A stretch of 64,000 bases of DNA from Waddliaceae bacterium (GTDB lineage Bacteria > Chlamydiota > Chlamydiia > Chlamydiales > SLFE01). Position numbers and translations under genes: made by a program. Location of the stretch: contig CAWAPJ010000012.1 of NCBI GenBank assembly GCA_963783885.1, positions 1 to 64,000 of the forward strand. Reading direction: 5' to 3'. Below, piece after piece: positions 1 through 10,108 of this stretch. The notes under the pieces are model-generated. The model saw nothing but the letters and a program-made list of their open reading frames with translations. It had not been told where the DNA came from and made no database searches. How positions within the stretch are numbered: the first letter of the stretch is position 1; every line of letters starts with the position of its first letter.

Positions 1-555
1 AAAGTTAGTCCAAATAAAAGTTACGACATCTACAGGTGGAAAACGATGAAAGTTCTGGTCCCAACTAGTCGAATTGGCTAAGATGCCCGTCTTTTTTTAT
101 AAAATTTCCCCCTACTCGATACTTTTTTCCATATCTCAAAATTGCAACCCTGACAAAATTCCATCAATTTTACAGAAATGGCGAGATTATTACTCATTTC
201 TCACAAATCCCGATTATACCGATCTAAGTGAAATGATCAAAAATGAAAAAGACAACTTTCCCCTCATGCTATATACCCCTTTCGAGCTATTTAAATCGCT
301 CTCAATCGCCTCATCCCAAAACGACAGCATTGAACAAACCTTTTTCTCCGACATAGAACTCCTGACCTCCCAGTATCCTGAAAAAGTTGATGCTCTTCAA
401 TGCGCTCGTTTTGCTCTAAACGCCGTTCCCCCTTGTTGATTTCCCACGATTCAAAGAAGTGGAAAGAAACACTGGAAAAAGTCGAATCTGAGCTAAAAGA
501 AATTTATACCCGCCAGATTATGCTGCAGCGCGGTAAAAAAGCCCTCCAAAATTGA
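1..555 (+). pseudogene. 3' part of a hypothetical gene, broken by frameshifts (or assembly indels)
   Basis: ORF 74-439 continues as PLLISHDSKKWKETLEKVESELKE...QN* (stop at 555) if one C is added to the C5 run at 428-432. Another apparent shift lies near 48-52. Confidence 0.45.
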
Positions 556-619
556 TATTGCTGTAAAATAAAAATTTAATTATAATAATAATATCTAAAA
601 TATTAATTATTGTAATCAT

Positions 620-2518
620 ATGGAATTAGAAAATAATTCATTCCAATCTTCTAACTATAGTAAATTAGAGGTCCCTATTGAAGAATTTCGCATACGGGGC
701 ATCACTGTAGTCCCGATCGATGACTTATACCCGCAGCAGCTCATCAAGCCTATTTTCGATAACCTGAAGAAAAATTATCCAAATGTTTCGCTCTCAAACC
801 TCACGAATATCATCATAGACACTAATGACCGCCATATCACGATTCAAGCGAAAATCGGTGAAAAACTGGCATCCTTCAAGGTGAAAAAAGAGGGCTTGAC
901 TCCCGCTGAACAAGAGATTCTGGGCTTCACAGCTATCCCATCGACACCTCGATTTGCTTCAGCTTACTCTAGGGCAATCAGCTTCCTGACAGACAAAAAT
1001 GAATGGGAAGATGTTATTCCTCTCACCACTACTCCAAAAAAACTAACAGCAAAGGATAGACAAGATAGGGATCCTTATAGAATCATCGAAAAGCGTTTTT
1101 CCATTGGGGACGAGCTTATTGGAAAAGAAGTCATCAAACGAATAGATACTCTCACGACTTATCAGCAAATTCTCGAGGCAGAAGATGATCAACAAGAATT
1201 GAAAAAACTGAATAAATACATCGAAACCACCCAAGCCACTTGGGTCAAATCTCAGGATTTTCGATCCATATGCCACCGAGAAGGATTTAAAAAGGCTTGC
1301 GAAACCTTCCCACTTGGAGCCCCTGTAAATTTGCGGCAGCACAGCCTCGAAGATAGTGAGGGGCAAGTTGTCGAACAGATTGCCAGACTCGGAGTGATTA
1401 CCGACGTCAGCAATGGCTGGTATTCTTTGGCGGAACTCAAAAACATGGAAAGAGAGTATAGGGAAAATAACAATTTGCAATCCTTAATCTCAAAAAAAGA
1501 GGAAATTATTAATTTTCAGGAATCTCCTCCTCCTTCGGGCATTATGCAGTCAATTCTCAATTACCTTTTCAGAGTCAAAGGTAAATTAAACCGCGATCAA
1601 TACATTTCGTCTGATTTAGCCAGAGAAAAACTGCAAATCATCGAAAACGCGGGCGATATAAAACCCTTGGAAGAGCTCATTGAAGCCAGAAGAAAACCTC
1701 TGCAAAGGCAAATGCTTCAATATCTTCTCTCACAGGTATCCTCCCATCCTGATCGCTTAAAGGAGGGACAGCCTTTCAACCTATTTCACTTATCTTTGTT
1801 AAATCTTCACACCAAACACCTTGACTCAAGCGGCTGGATGCACAACGAAAGAGTCGCTTTCGAAGATATGCGGGAAATTATGCATGAATTTAGGGAAAAA
1901 AAACTCGCCTTTGCAAAAAAGGGACCAGTCATCAAAGATGATACGATCTACCTTCCTATCCCGGATATACCTGAAGGGGTCACCCTCAACACCTTTATTT
2001 TTAACTTTTCCCCTCAGGGACACACGAAAAACGACAACCCACAGCTTGAATTTAACCAGCAGGAAATGGGAAAGCTAAGAGAGACTCTTTCGAACTTTCC
2101 CTTTGAAGAACTAACCAAAATTTTTCAATCTCCACGAACCGGTTACGATACTGCAGAAGAATTTTCTATGACAGTGACCGACTATCTTCAAGAACATAAA
2201 AATGGCGCCTTTGGCAATGGATGTAATTCCGGAAAAGATAGGACGGGATTCAATTCTGCCAGAATCATGATGAGACGATTATCGAAAATTCTGCCGACTG
2301 AAACCAACCCCTATGAATCACAAATTCTGAATAAAAACGACCCCGCGACCCTCGTTGCCATAGACAATCTACCAACAAGTTTGGTGTTGAAATTGGATCC
2401 CCGCACGGTTGCTAAACGCGATATTGCGGGATTTAAAAGAATTGAGACAATTGGTTTCCTCTTCCGCTCATGCTTTGCAGGGGCAATTCAGGAAATATTC
2501 AGAAGGTTGAGCCCATGA
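620..2518 (+). CDS. Putative phosphoinositide phosphatase effector (SopB/IpgD-like CX5R)
   Basis: 632 aa, with C-terminal motif GCNSGKDRTG (codons near 2222-2248) matching the CKSGKDRT active site of SopB/IpgD/INPP4. Confidence 0.7.
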   Translation: MELENNSFQSSNYSKLEVPIEEFRIRGITVVPIDDLYPQQLIKPIFDNLKKNYPNVSLSNLTNIIIDTNDRHITIQAKIGEKLASFKVKKEGLTPAEQEILGFTAIPSTPRFASAYSRAISFLTDKNEWEDVIPLTTTPKKLTAKDRQDRDPYRIIEKRFSIGDELIGKEVIKRIDTLTTYQQILEAEDDQQELKKLNKYIETTQATWVKSQDFRSICHREGFKKACETFPLGAPVNLRQHSLEDSEGQVVEQIARLGVITDVSNGWYSLAELKNMEREYRENNNLQSLISKKEEIINFQESPPPSGIMQSILNYLFRVKGKLNRDQYISSDLAREKLQIIENAGDIKPLEELIEARRKPLQRQMLQYLLSQVSSHPDRLKEGQPFNLFHLSLLNLHTKHLDSSGWMHNERVAFEDMREIMHEFREKKLAFAKKGPVIKDDTIYLPIPDIPEGVTLNTFIFNFSPQGHTKNDNPQLEFNQQEMGKLRETLSNFPFEELTKIFQSPRTGYDTAEEFSMTVTDYLQEHKNGAFGNGCNSGKDRTGFNSARIMMRRLSKILPTETNPYESQILNKNDPATLVAIDNLPTSLVLKLDPRTVAKRDIAGFKRIETIGFLFRSCFAGAIQEIFRRLSP

Positions 2519-2958
2519 AGTTTCTTTGTGATCATATGCTTGTCAGACTCGGCCGCTGGCTGAGAGCCGCCGGCTATGATACGAGAATTGCCAAACCCGA
2601 CGACAATGATGCTTGGCTGATTTCTATCGCCGCTGATGAAAACCGCCTGCTCGTCACAAGGGACAAACTCATGAACGGAGAAAATCACATTTTATTTCTC
2701 AAAAGCAACTCAGTCGAGGCGTGCGCCCGGGAACTGTCAAAAAAAGCATCCGTCAACTGGCTAAAAGCACCGTTTTCACGGTGCCTTTTGTGCAACACTC
2801 CCTTTGAAATTATCCAACCCAGCGAAGCAAAAGACATCCCCGAAGATATCAAAAATACAGCCCCCGCCCTCTGGCGCTGTCCGAGCTGCCGAAAAACCTA
2901 TTGGGAAGGGAGCCATACCCAAAAAATGCTCAGGCAGCTCAAATCCTGGAATTCATAA
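2515..2958 (+). CDS. Mut7-C RNase (PIN-fold) domain protein
   Basis: FLCDHMLVRLGRWLRAAGYD, LVTRD, RCLLCN and CPSCRKTYWEGSH. Its ATG overlaps the upstream stop (ATGA). Confidence 0.85.
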   Translation: MKFLCDHMLVRLGRWLRAAGYDTRIAKPDDNDAWLISIAADENRLLVTRDKLMNGENHILFLKSNSVEACARELSKKASVNWLKAPFSRCLLCNTPFEIIQPSEAKDIPEDIKNTAPALWRCPSCRKTYWEGSHTQKMLRQLKSWNS

Positions 2959-2982
2959 AGACAATCCTTTAAACTGAGTTAT

Positions 2983-3207
2983 ATGGTTATTGGAAAATGG
3001 ATCATTCTTGCCGGTGTTGTCCTGATTGCCGTTGGATGTCTTGTGTGGGTTGGCTCGAAAGCCGGACTTCCCATTGGGAGACTCCCCGGCGACATCTCTA
3101 TCAAGGGAGAGACGACCAGCTTTTATTTCCCTATTGTCACAGGGCTTGTCCTTAGTGTGGTCCTAACCATAGTGATTAACTTGTTAATTTGGATATTTAA
3201 AAAATGA
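2983..3207 (+). CDS. DUF2905-like small membrane protein
   Basis: GRLPGDI...FYFPIVTGLVLSVVLT with two TM helices. Confidence 0.85.
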   Translation: MVIGKWIILAGVVLIAVGCLVWVGSKAGLPIGRLPGDISIKGETTSFYFPIVTGLVLSVVLTIVINLLIWIFKK

Positions 3208-3902
3208 ATCAATTCTCAAGAGAGCTTCCTCCGCTGGAAGTTCGCTATCGCAATGACAGGTGGGATCTGATCTTTCGCCCGATGGATGTTCAAGATCTTC
3301 AAAAAACCCACAATGCTATCTTAGATAGCGACGAATCACTCAAACGATTCATGCCCTGGTCCCATTATGAGCTGTCTGCTGTAGAACATGCCAAGCTCTT
3401 TATGCGGTTTCACGCCGAATACTTTCTCGGTGTCGAATATCACCTCACTTGCGTGGATGCAAAGACCGATGAGTTTATCCTGAACATCAGCATACTCCCT
3501 CAGCAGCGATTCAATAGGCACTCCGTTGAAATCGGCTACTGGACTTCTGCCAAATATCAAAACCTGGGACTGGCAACTCTTGCCGTCAAAATCATAACCG
3601 CCCTTTGCTTCGAGTGCCTAGAGTGCGACCGAGTCTTTGCGACAACCAACATAGAAAATAGAGCCTCTGCCAGAGTTTTAGAAAAATGCGGCATGCAAAA
3701 AGAAGGCACTATGACAAATTATATCCCTGCCGCTTCGGAAAGAATGATTTCTCAAGGCTATTCAGCAGAAAGGAAAACCTATCTTTTTGCCTTAACTCCC
3801 CAAGATCGAAAAAGGCTTGGCTGGTATCAGGATATTCTCCTCGCCACCACAGCAAAAAGCGTCTATGGAAAACTCATCACTCTGAAAGAGCTGTCGCTTT
3901 AA
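3204..3902 (+). CDS. GNAT acetyltransferase (RimJ/RimL type)
   Basis: EIGYW...YQNLGLAT and NRASARVLEKCGMQKEG. Confidence 0.85.
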   Translation: MNQFSRELPPLEVRYRNDRWDLIFRPMDVQDLQKTHNAILDSDESLKRFMPWSHYELSAVEHAKLFMRFHAEYFLGVEYHLTCVDAKTDEFILNISILPQQRFNRHSVEIGYWTSAKYQNLGLATLAVKIITALCFECLECDRVFATTNIENRASARVLEKCGMQKEGTMTNYIPAASERMISQGYSAERKTYLFALTPQDRKRLGWYQDILLATTAKSVYGKLITLKELSL

Positions 3903-3906
3903 ATAT

Positions 3907-3988
<82 letters not shown>

Positions 3989-4004
3989 TAGTCAAGCGAA
4001 CTTA

Positions 4005-4033
4005 AGTTTAATCAACAATTTAGTTAAAGTCAA
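4005..4033 (-). promoter_or_regulatory. Sigma70-type promoter for tRNA-Leu
   Basis: TTGACT-N17-TAAACT on the minus strand just upstream of the tRNA. Confidence 0.7.
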
Positions 4034-4107
4034 TGAGTCTTGAAGCCATTTCTCCGATCATCAAGCTTGATGTTAAAATGAATAAAACAATTGTATTTTC
4101 CCAATAA

Positions 4108-4626
4108 TTGGAATATCCTTTAACCATGGATCACTCTGTAGCTGCGGTCGTCTTCAACCGGGACAAAAACGAAGTTTTATGCGTAAAACGGCGGGATGTC
4201 TCGATATGGGTGCTTCCAGGAGGGCTGCCCGAGGAGGGCGAGTCTTTGGAAAAAGCCGTTATCAGAGAGGTTGAAGAAGAGACCGGACTCAAAATTGAAG
4301 TCAAAAAAAAAGTTGGCGAATACACCCCTATTCAAGTCATTAAAACGGTCACACACGTCTATGAGTGCTTTCCCGTTTCAGGACAATTGACCTGCACTGA
4401 TGAAGTCCGGGATGTAGGCTTCTACCCAATCAATGAGCTTCCCCAGCTCTTTTTTCTGCTTCATGAACATTGGATTCACGACGCCCTGTCCGACAAGCCC
4501 GGTATCATACGAAGAAATCTTACTGAACTGACTTATGGAGCCATTTTTAGATTTGCTCTGAAACATCCGGTGCATGTCTTCAGGTTTTTCTTGTCGAAAT
4601 GGCTGGGCATCCCGATTAATAGTTAA
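4108..4626 (+). CDS. NUDIX hydrolase
   Basis: Nudix box GGLPEEGESLEKAVIREVEEETG. The start may be the ATG at 4126. Confidence 0.9.
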   Translation: MEYPLTMDHSVAAVVFNRDKNEVLCVKRRDVSIWVLPGGLPEEGESLEKAVIREVEEETGLKIEVKKKVGEYTPIQVIKTVTHVYECFPVSGQLTCTDEVRDVGFYPINELPQLFFLLHEHWIHDALSDKPGIIRRNLTELTYGAIFRFALKHPVHVFRFFLSKWLGIPINS

Positions 4627-4724
4627 TTGAAAAAAATGCGGTTTTAGAGAGTCATAGGTTTAAATTGGGATCTTGAGTCACCCGTTATCCGGGCTATTTG
4701 GCAACTCTAAAACCGCATCGTGAA

Positions 4725-5285
4725 TTATTTTCCTTGTGGCGCCTTCTTAGGCTTTACTTCCATTTTATCGTGCTTGTGATCTTCCTGGTAAGGATCTTTT
4801 ATCTCTTTGATCACAGGTTTGCATTCTACCTCGGGGTGAAAGAGATACTTAAAATGATCCCATTCTTTCCCGAAGTCTTTAACCATATCAAGATCAACAT
4901 GCTGTTTAATCGCCACGATTAAAAATAACAGTTTATGCAGACTTTTCACAAGTTCGACATTATCATCAATAGGCTGTATCTTTTGCTGCAGAAAAAATGT
5001 GGTCAGTATATGAGCTGCCTGATCGGATTCCTTGTCTTTCGTCATCACCCAGCGGATATACTGGTTTTTGTCATCGTTTGTCTCAAACTTGTTATGCTCC
5101 AGTGCCTTAACACATTTATACATGGTCGTGTAATACTCGTTAATCTGATCATAGACCATTTGATCGTTATATATGCCGCAGGGCATCTGACAATGCGAGA
5201 ACAGCTGGCTGAATAACAGAGGAAACGCAATAAAAGCCGCCGTAAAAATTTGATCTAAGCGTAGATTCATCATGCTGGTATCCAT
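4725..5285 (-). CDS. sodN: Nickel superoxide dismutase with a signal peptide
   Basis: Ni-hook-like HCQMPCGIY follows a hydrophobic leader; NQYIRWVMTKD helix. Confidence 0.8.
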   Translation of the reverse strand: MDTSMMNLRLDQIFTAAFIAFPLLFSQLFSHCQMPCGIYNDQMVYDQINEYYTTMYKCVKALEHNKFETNDDKNQYIRWVMTKDKESDQAAHILTTFFLQQKIQPIDDNVELVKSLHKLLFLIVAIKQHVDLDMVKDFGKEWDHFKYLFHPEVECKPVIKEIKDPYQEDHKHDKMEVKPKKAPQGK

Positions 5286-5703
5286 AATACACAGATCATT
5301 TTTTTATGCAAAAAAAAATTCGATAACGTTTATGCTTGAGAAGGTGACAGCCATGGATAGAAAGTCATACAAAAAAGAACTGCGGGCGCTTAACCACCCT
5401 GTCTACAAGAAGATCGAGTCGTTTCTAATTGCCAATTGGTGGGTGGTCCTTTTTACGCTTATATGCTTGATCGTATACGAAAGAAGCAGCCAGGAATACC
5501 TCGGTCAGAGGGCCTATCTTGCCAACAAATTGACAACCCTTGAAAATGAGAAGAAAATTTTGTTAAATAAAATTGAAACTCAGCAAATGCAAATCAATAG
5601 CCAAAGCGACCCTAAATGGATTGAGTTGACTCTTATTAAAGTGCTGGGGGTAGTACCTGAAGGGCAAAGAAAGGTGTATTTCCAAAAAAGAGCTAAGAAG
5701 TGA
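5272..5703 (+). CDS. Bitopic coiled-coil membrane protein (FtsB/DivIC-like architecture)
   Basis: One TM, a coiled coil, then SDPKWIELTLIKVLGVVPEGQRKVYF. The true start is probably downstream (5332 or 5353). Confidence 0.55.
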   Translation: MLVSIIHRSFFYAKKNSITFMLEKVTAMDRKSYKKELRALNHPVYKKIESFLIANWWVVLFTLICLIVYERSSQEYLGQRAYLANKLTTLENEKKILLNKIETQQMQINSQSDPKWIELTLIKVLGVVPEGQRKVYFQKRAKK

Positions 5704-6953
5704 TCGAAACTTTCCTATACATCTTTTTCCTCCTTTTTCTTACTTATTGGTCGGGATTTTTTTCAGGTTCCGAAATCGCTTTATTCTCCCTTTCTTCGAC
5801 AAAAGTAAGGTCGTACCGCACTTCGCAAGATTATCGAAGGCGTTTAATTTCAAGACTTCTCAATCAGCCCCGCAACCTGATCGTAACGATTTATATCATG
5901 AACACCCTCGTCAACATTTTAATGCAGAACGTATCGTCGAGCATGTTCGGCGTCTCATCAAGCTGGTGGCTGAAAGTCGGCGTCCCCCTTTTGATCACCC
6001 TGATTCTTGGCGAAATCATCCCCAAGTATATCGCAATGCAGAAAAACGAATCCTTTGCCTATCGTGTGATCCCTCTAATCAATCTGTTTACAAACATCTT
6101 AAAGCCTATAAGGGAAGTGATGGTCAAGATCACAACGCCCATTTCAAGAGTGATGTATTTTTTTCTGAAAAAAGAAAAAACCATGTCTAAAGATGAGCTC
6201 TATCATGTCTTGAAAACTTCCGAAGAGTCCGGGGTTTTAAACTCTGATGAAACAACATTAATTTCCGGCTATATCAACTTGCAAGACGACCAGGTCGATG
6301 AGCATATGCACCCAAGGGAAGATGTCATTTTTTACAATATCGACGACCCCCTCTCAAAACTCATCTATCTTTTCGTCGAAGAAGAGTGCACAAGAATTCC
6401 TGTATGCAGAGGCGAACTTGACGATGTCATCGGAGTCATCAGCGCGAATGACTTTTTTCTTTATAAGCCGATGCTGAATACCCCGGATGATATCAAACCA
6501 ATTATGTCAAAACCATTTTTTCTTCCCGAAAGCACGCCGGCTCGGACAATGCTTAAGCGATTCGAAGAAAAAAATCAGCAGATGGCTCTTATAGTCGATG
6601 AGCACCGTTCGGTAACCGGCCTGATTACCATTGAAGACATCGTTGAAGAGGTTGTGGGCGAAATCACTGACCGCAGAGATCAGCAGCAGATGTATGAAGA
6701 GGTTGCCGGCGGCGCGCTCATTGCAAGCGGGAAAATGGAACTGGATGATTTGGAGGAAGTGCTCGGCATCGCATTGGAAAGCGAGCACCATCTCAAAACG
6801 ATCGGCGGCTGGCTGACGGAGCAGTTGGGGGATATCCCCGCTGTGGGAACAAAATATGAAACCAAGGAGCTCCTATTTCAAGTGCTGGCCGCCGAACCGA
6901 ATAAAATCAAAAGAATTTATATAACGAAAAAGGAGGGCAAAAAAAATGTCTGA
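5700..6953 (+). CDS. CNNM/CBS/CorC-HlyC family protein
   Basis: FFSGSEIALFS, GEIIPK, CBS pair, VDEH...GLITIEDIVEEVVGEI. Confidence 0.92.
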   Translation: MIETFLYIFFLLFLTYWSGFFSGSEIALFSLSSTKVRSYRTSQDYRRRLISRLLNQPRNLIVTIYIMNTLVNILMQNVSSSMFGVSSSWWLKVGVPLLITLILGEIIPKYIAMQKNESFAYRVIPLINLFTNILKPIREVMVKITTPISRVMYFFLKKEKTMSKDELYHVLKTSEESGVLNSDETTLISGYINLQDDQVDEHMHPREDVIFYNIDDPLSKLIYLFVEEECTRIPVCRGELDDVIGVISANDFFLYKPMLNTPDDIKPIMSKPFFLPESTPARTMLKRFEEKNQQMALIVDEHRSVTGLITIEDIVEEVVGEITDRRDQQQMYEEVAGGALIASGKMELDDLEEVLGIALESEHHLKTIGGWLTEQLGDIPAVGTKYETKELLFQVLAAEPNKIKRIYITKKEGKKNV

Positions 6954-8184
6954 TGCATTTCTCTGGCTCTTCCTGAATATCCTTTCCATCATCATTTTAT
7001 CTTTTTACACGTCAACCGAACTGGCTGTTGTTTCATTCAACAAAGTGCGGCTCCAATTTTATGTTGCCAGGGGCGATAAACGAGCTATACGGCTGAAATG
7101 GCTTCTCGACAACTCCGCAAGACTCTTTGGAACAACATTAATCGGGGTTAATGTTGCAATGATGTTCGGCTCTGAATTTTCGAGGCAATTCCACGAAGCC
7201 ATTGGCCTAAATCCCGATCTGGCTCCCCTTTCCCAGGTCATCATTGTGATTATATTTGGCGAACTCGCTCCCATTTTTGCCGCCAGGCGCTATTCGGAAC
7301 ACCTGTCTATGCTCGGAGCTAATCTCCTCTATGCTTCAGCCATCCTCATGAAACCTTTGCTATGGATCATTTCTCTGATCACCCATATTATCCATTACTT
7401 TTTTGGAGGAACTTCAGAATCATTCGATCTCTACCTCAATCAGGAAGAGATCCGCAATATTTTGGAAGAACATCATGAAGAGCAGCCGGCAACCGGCTCG
7501 GTGGAAGAGCTCACCACAATTGTTTCGAATATTTTCGATCTTCGCACAAAAACGGCCTTCAAGATCATGGAACCGCTCAGCTCGATAGCCAAAATCCCTT
7601 CAAATTCTCCTATCCGCAAAATGCGGCAGCTATTGCTCAATACAACGCAAAATTATCTTCTTGTATATCATCGTGACGAAAATAATATAGTCGGAATCGC
7701 ACACCCTCGGGATTTGCTTCGCGAAGCCGATAACAGACGTGTAGGCGACCATTCGCGGCAACCCTGGTTTATCGGCGCCGATACCGAAGTTGTTCATATA
7801 CTTCACCAGTTTCGATCCAATAAACAAACTGTAGCGATTGTGATCGATGAATCGGGAAAAGCCATCGGAGTGTTAACTCTGCAAGATGTGCTGGATGAAA
7901 TCTTTGTCCATGGCGCCGCTTCTCTTTCTCAGGAAGAGGTCAAGCCTCCCCCCATCATCGAACGGACATTTCCCGGATCAATGGAAGTCTCGGAGTTCAA
8001 TGAGCTTTTTGGGGTCACGCTTGAGTCGATTGAAGAAGAAACTCTCGCCGAACTGATGACGCGCATCATCGGCCATCATCCTGAAATAGGAGAAACAGTC
8101 TCTCTTCCCCCTTTTGAACTCCAGGTCAAAGACGCCACTCTTCTCGAGATCAAACTCATCACGATAAAAACACGCGTCATTTAA
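6946..8184 (+). CDS. CNNM/CBS/CorC-HlyC family protein (tandem paralog)
   Basis: TTLIGVN, IFGELAP, IDESG...GVLTLQDVLDEIF. Confidence 0.9.
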   Translation: MSDAFLWLFLNILSIIILSFYTSTELAVVSFNKVRLQFYVARGDKRAIRLKWLLDNSARLFGTTLIGVNVAMMFGSEFSRQFHEAIGLNPDLAPLSQVIIVIIFGELAPIFAARRYSEHLSMLGANLLYASAILMKPLLWIISLITHIIHYFFGGTSESFDLYLNQEEIRNILEEHHEEQPATGSVEELTTIVSNIFDLRTKTAFKIMEPLSSIAKIPSNSPIRKMRQLLLNTTQNYLLVYHRDENNIVGIAHPRDLLREADNRRVGDHSRQPWFIGADTEVVHILHQFRSNKQTVAIVIDESGKAIGVLTLQDVLDEIFVHGAASLSQEEVKPPPIIERTFPGSMEVSEFNELFGVTLESIEEETLAELMTRIIGHHPEIGETVSLPPFELQVKDATLLEIKLITIKTRVI

Positions 8185-9298
8185 GGTATGAGCGCATTTC
8201 GGTAACAACCCGAACAATGATCTCGACTGCCCTGTTTATTTCTTCACGTGTCGTAAAACGCGAGAGGCTAAAACGAATAGAGCTTCTAGCCCTTTCCTTT
8301 GGAAGGCCCATGTTCAAGAGAACGCGCGAAGGCTCCAGAGATCCGGATGAACAAGCCGCTCCGTGGCTGGCAGCAAGGCCCGCCAGATCAAAGTTCATCA
8401 AAAGCGATTCGCCATCCAGTCCGGTAATGGAGATGTTCGAAGTGTTGCACACCCTCGGACCTGTACCGTTGATTATAACGTCTGATAATCTTTCTTGAAT
8501 TTGCCTCTCAAAATCATCCCTAAGCTCTTCCATACGCCGGGAGGCCTCGGGCATCTCTTCCTTTAAAATAGCAAAAGCTTCCTCAAGAGCCAGAATCCCT
8601 GCTACATTTTCTGTCCCTGCCCTCTGATTATGCTCTTGATGTCCGCCAGAAATCAATGGCGGTATTTTTAAGGACGAGCGAAGCACCAGTCCCCCGATCC
8701 CTTTTGGAACGTGAAATTTATGTCCGCTGAAACAAAGCGCCGAAACCCCTGAAGGGATCTCAAAAGGTTCCTTGCCGACCAGAGCAACGGCATCGACAAA
8801 CAAGGGAATCCGCTCTTCCTCAGCCATGCGGGCGATGGCTTCAATATCGGATTTGACTCCGGTCTCATTATTTGCGGCCATAATCGCAATAAGCTTGGTT
8901 TGCGGTTTAATGGCGCTTTTGACCTGATCGGCAGCGACAGAGCCTCTTGCTCCCGCAGAAAGGAAAGTCACATCGCGCCCCTCTTCAAAAAGATGTCTTG
9001 CAGTCGCGTAAACTGCGGAATGTTCAAGAGATGTTGTGATTAGGTGTCCTTGCACACCTTTTAACACCATGTTGGCAGCCTCAGTGCCGCTTGATGTAAA
9101 AATCAGCTCGGCAGGTTTGACATTAAAATATTCGGCAATACTTCTCCGGGCTCTTGTCACTTGGTTGCGAACCTCGCGGCCGAAAGAATGAATGCTTGAA
9201 GGATTGCCATAGCTTTCTTTCAATACAGACAGCATGGTGCCTAAAACACGGGGATCGACCTCAGTTGTCGCATTGTTATCCAGGTATATGCGTTTCAT
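8177..9298 (-). CDS. iscS: Cysteine desulfurase (NifS/IscS family)
   Basis: YLDNNATT, SGHKF (PLP lysine), RAGTEN and GAACSSGS. Confidence 0.93.
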   Translation of the reverse strand: MKRIYLDNNATTEVDPRVLGTMLSVLKESYGNPSSIHSFGREVRNQVTRARRSIAEYFNVKPAELIFTSSGTEAANMVLKGVQGHLITTSLEHSAVYATARHLFEEGRDVTFLSAGARGSVAADQVKSAIKPQTKLIAIMAANNETGVKSDIEAIARMAEEERIPLFVDAVALVGKEPFEIPSGVSALCFSGHKFHVPKGIGGLVLRSSLKIPPLISGGHQEHNQRAGTENVAGILALEEAFAILKEEMPEASRRMEELRDDFERQIQERLSDVIINGTGPRVCNTSNISITGLDGESLLMNFDLAGLAASHGAACSSGSLEPSRVLLNMGLPKERARSSIRFSLSRFTTREEINRAVEIIVRVVTEMRSYLK

Positions 9299-10047
9299 CG
9301 GGTTAATTTTATAACAATTACTGTTACGTTATCGATCCCTCCAGCCTCAATCGCCGCAGAAACTAAATTCTGCGCGGCTTCCTGCGCGGTTGGAGACGAT
9401 AACATGATGCTCTGAATTTCTCCGGGACCCAGCATATCGGTAAGGCCGTCGGAACACAAAAGATACATATCGTTATTGTGGATACTGGCCATATCGACAT
9501 CGGGAACGACGATGGGGTCGTTGCCTATGGTCCTTGTTAAAATATTTTTATAAACAAACTTTTCGCAGCCTTCCTTGTCCATCTCATCAGGGGACACAAA
9601 CTGCACGGCCAGAGTATGGTCTTCTGTCAATTGTTTGAGCTTACCTTCCCTAAGCCGATAAATACGGCTGTCTCCAACGTGGCCGAAAACGACTCCCTCG
9701 ATACCTATGATTAAACAGCAGAGAGTGGTTCCCATCCCTGTAAGCGAGCTGTCCGAATTGGCAATGGAGTACACGATAGAGTTGACATCCACGATCGAAC
9801 TGTGAATCAGTTCGGACAAAGAGCTCAATGTGTGCTTTTCCAGGGGCTTTTCCGAAAGCTTGTGCCTCACAATCCTTGTTATGGCGTCGACAGCTTCGCG
9901 CGCCGCGACTTCTCCTGCCCTATGCCCCCCCATGCCGTCGGCAACCACAAAGAAACTCTCATTTTCGAGTTCGTCAAAGACATCCTCGTTATTGCCTCTG
10001 ACGAGTCCGATATTGCTCAGACCCCAGCTTTCAATATTTACTGACAT
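9295..10047 (-). CDS. PP2C-family Ser/Thr phosphatase
   Basis: RGNNED, VADGMGGH, HVGDSRIY, LCSDGL and GGIDNVT. Confidence 0.95.
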   Translation of the reverse strand: MSVNIESWGLSNIGLVRGNNEDVFDELENESFFVVADGMGGHRAGEVAAREAVDAITRIVRHKLSEKPLEKHTLSSLSELIHSSIVDVNSIVYSIANSDSSLTGMGTTLCCLIIGIEGVVFGHVGDSRIYRLREGKLKQLTEDHTLAVQFVSPDEMDKEGCEKFVYKNILTRTIGNDPIVVPDVDMASIHNNDMYLLCSDGLTDMLGPGEIQSIMLSSPTAQEAAQNLVSAAIEAGGIDNVTVIVIKLTR

Positions 10048-10108
10048 AAAAGAATTTATAACAAATTTCAGTTTAAAATTAAAGTGTAAGCATTCGAAGG
10101 CCTTATGC

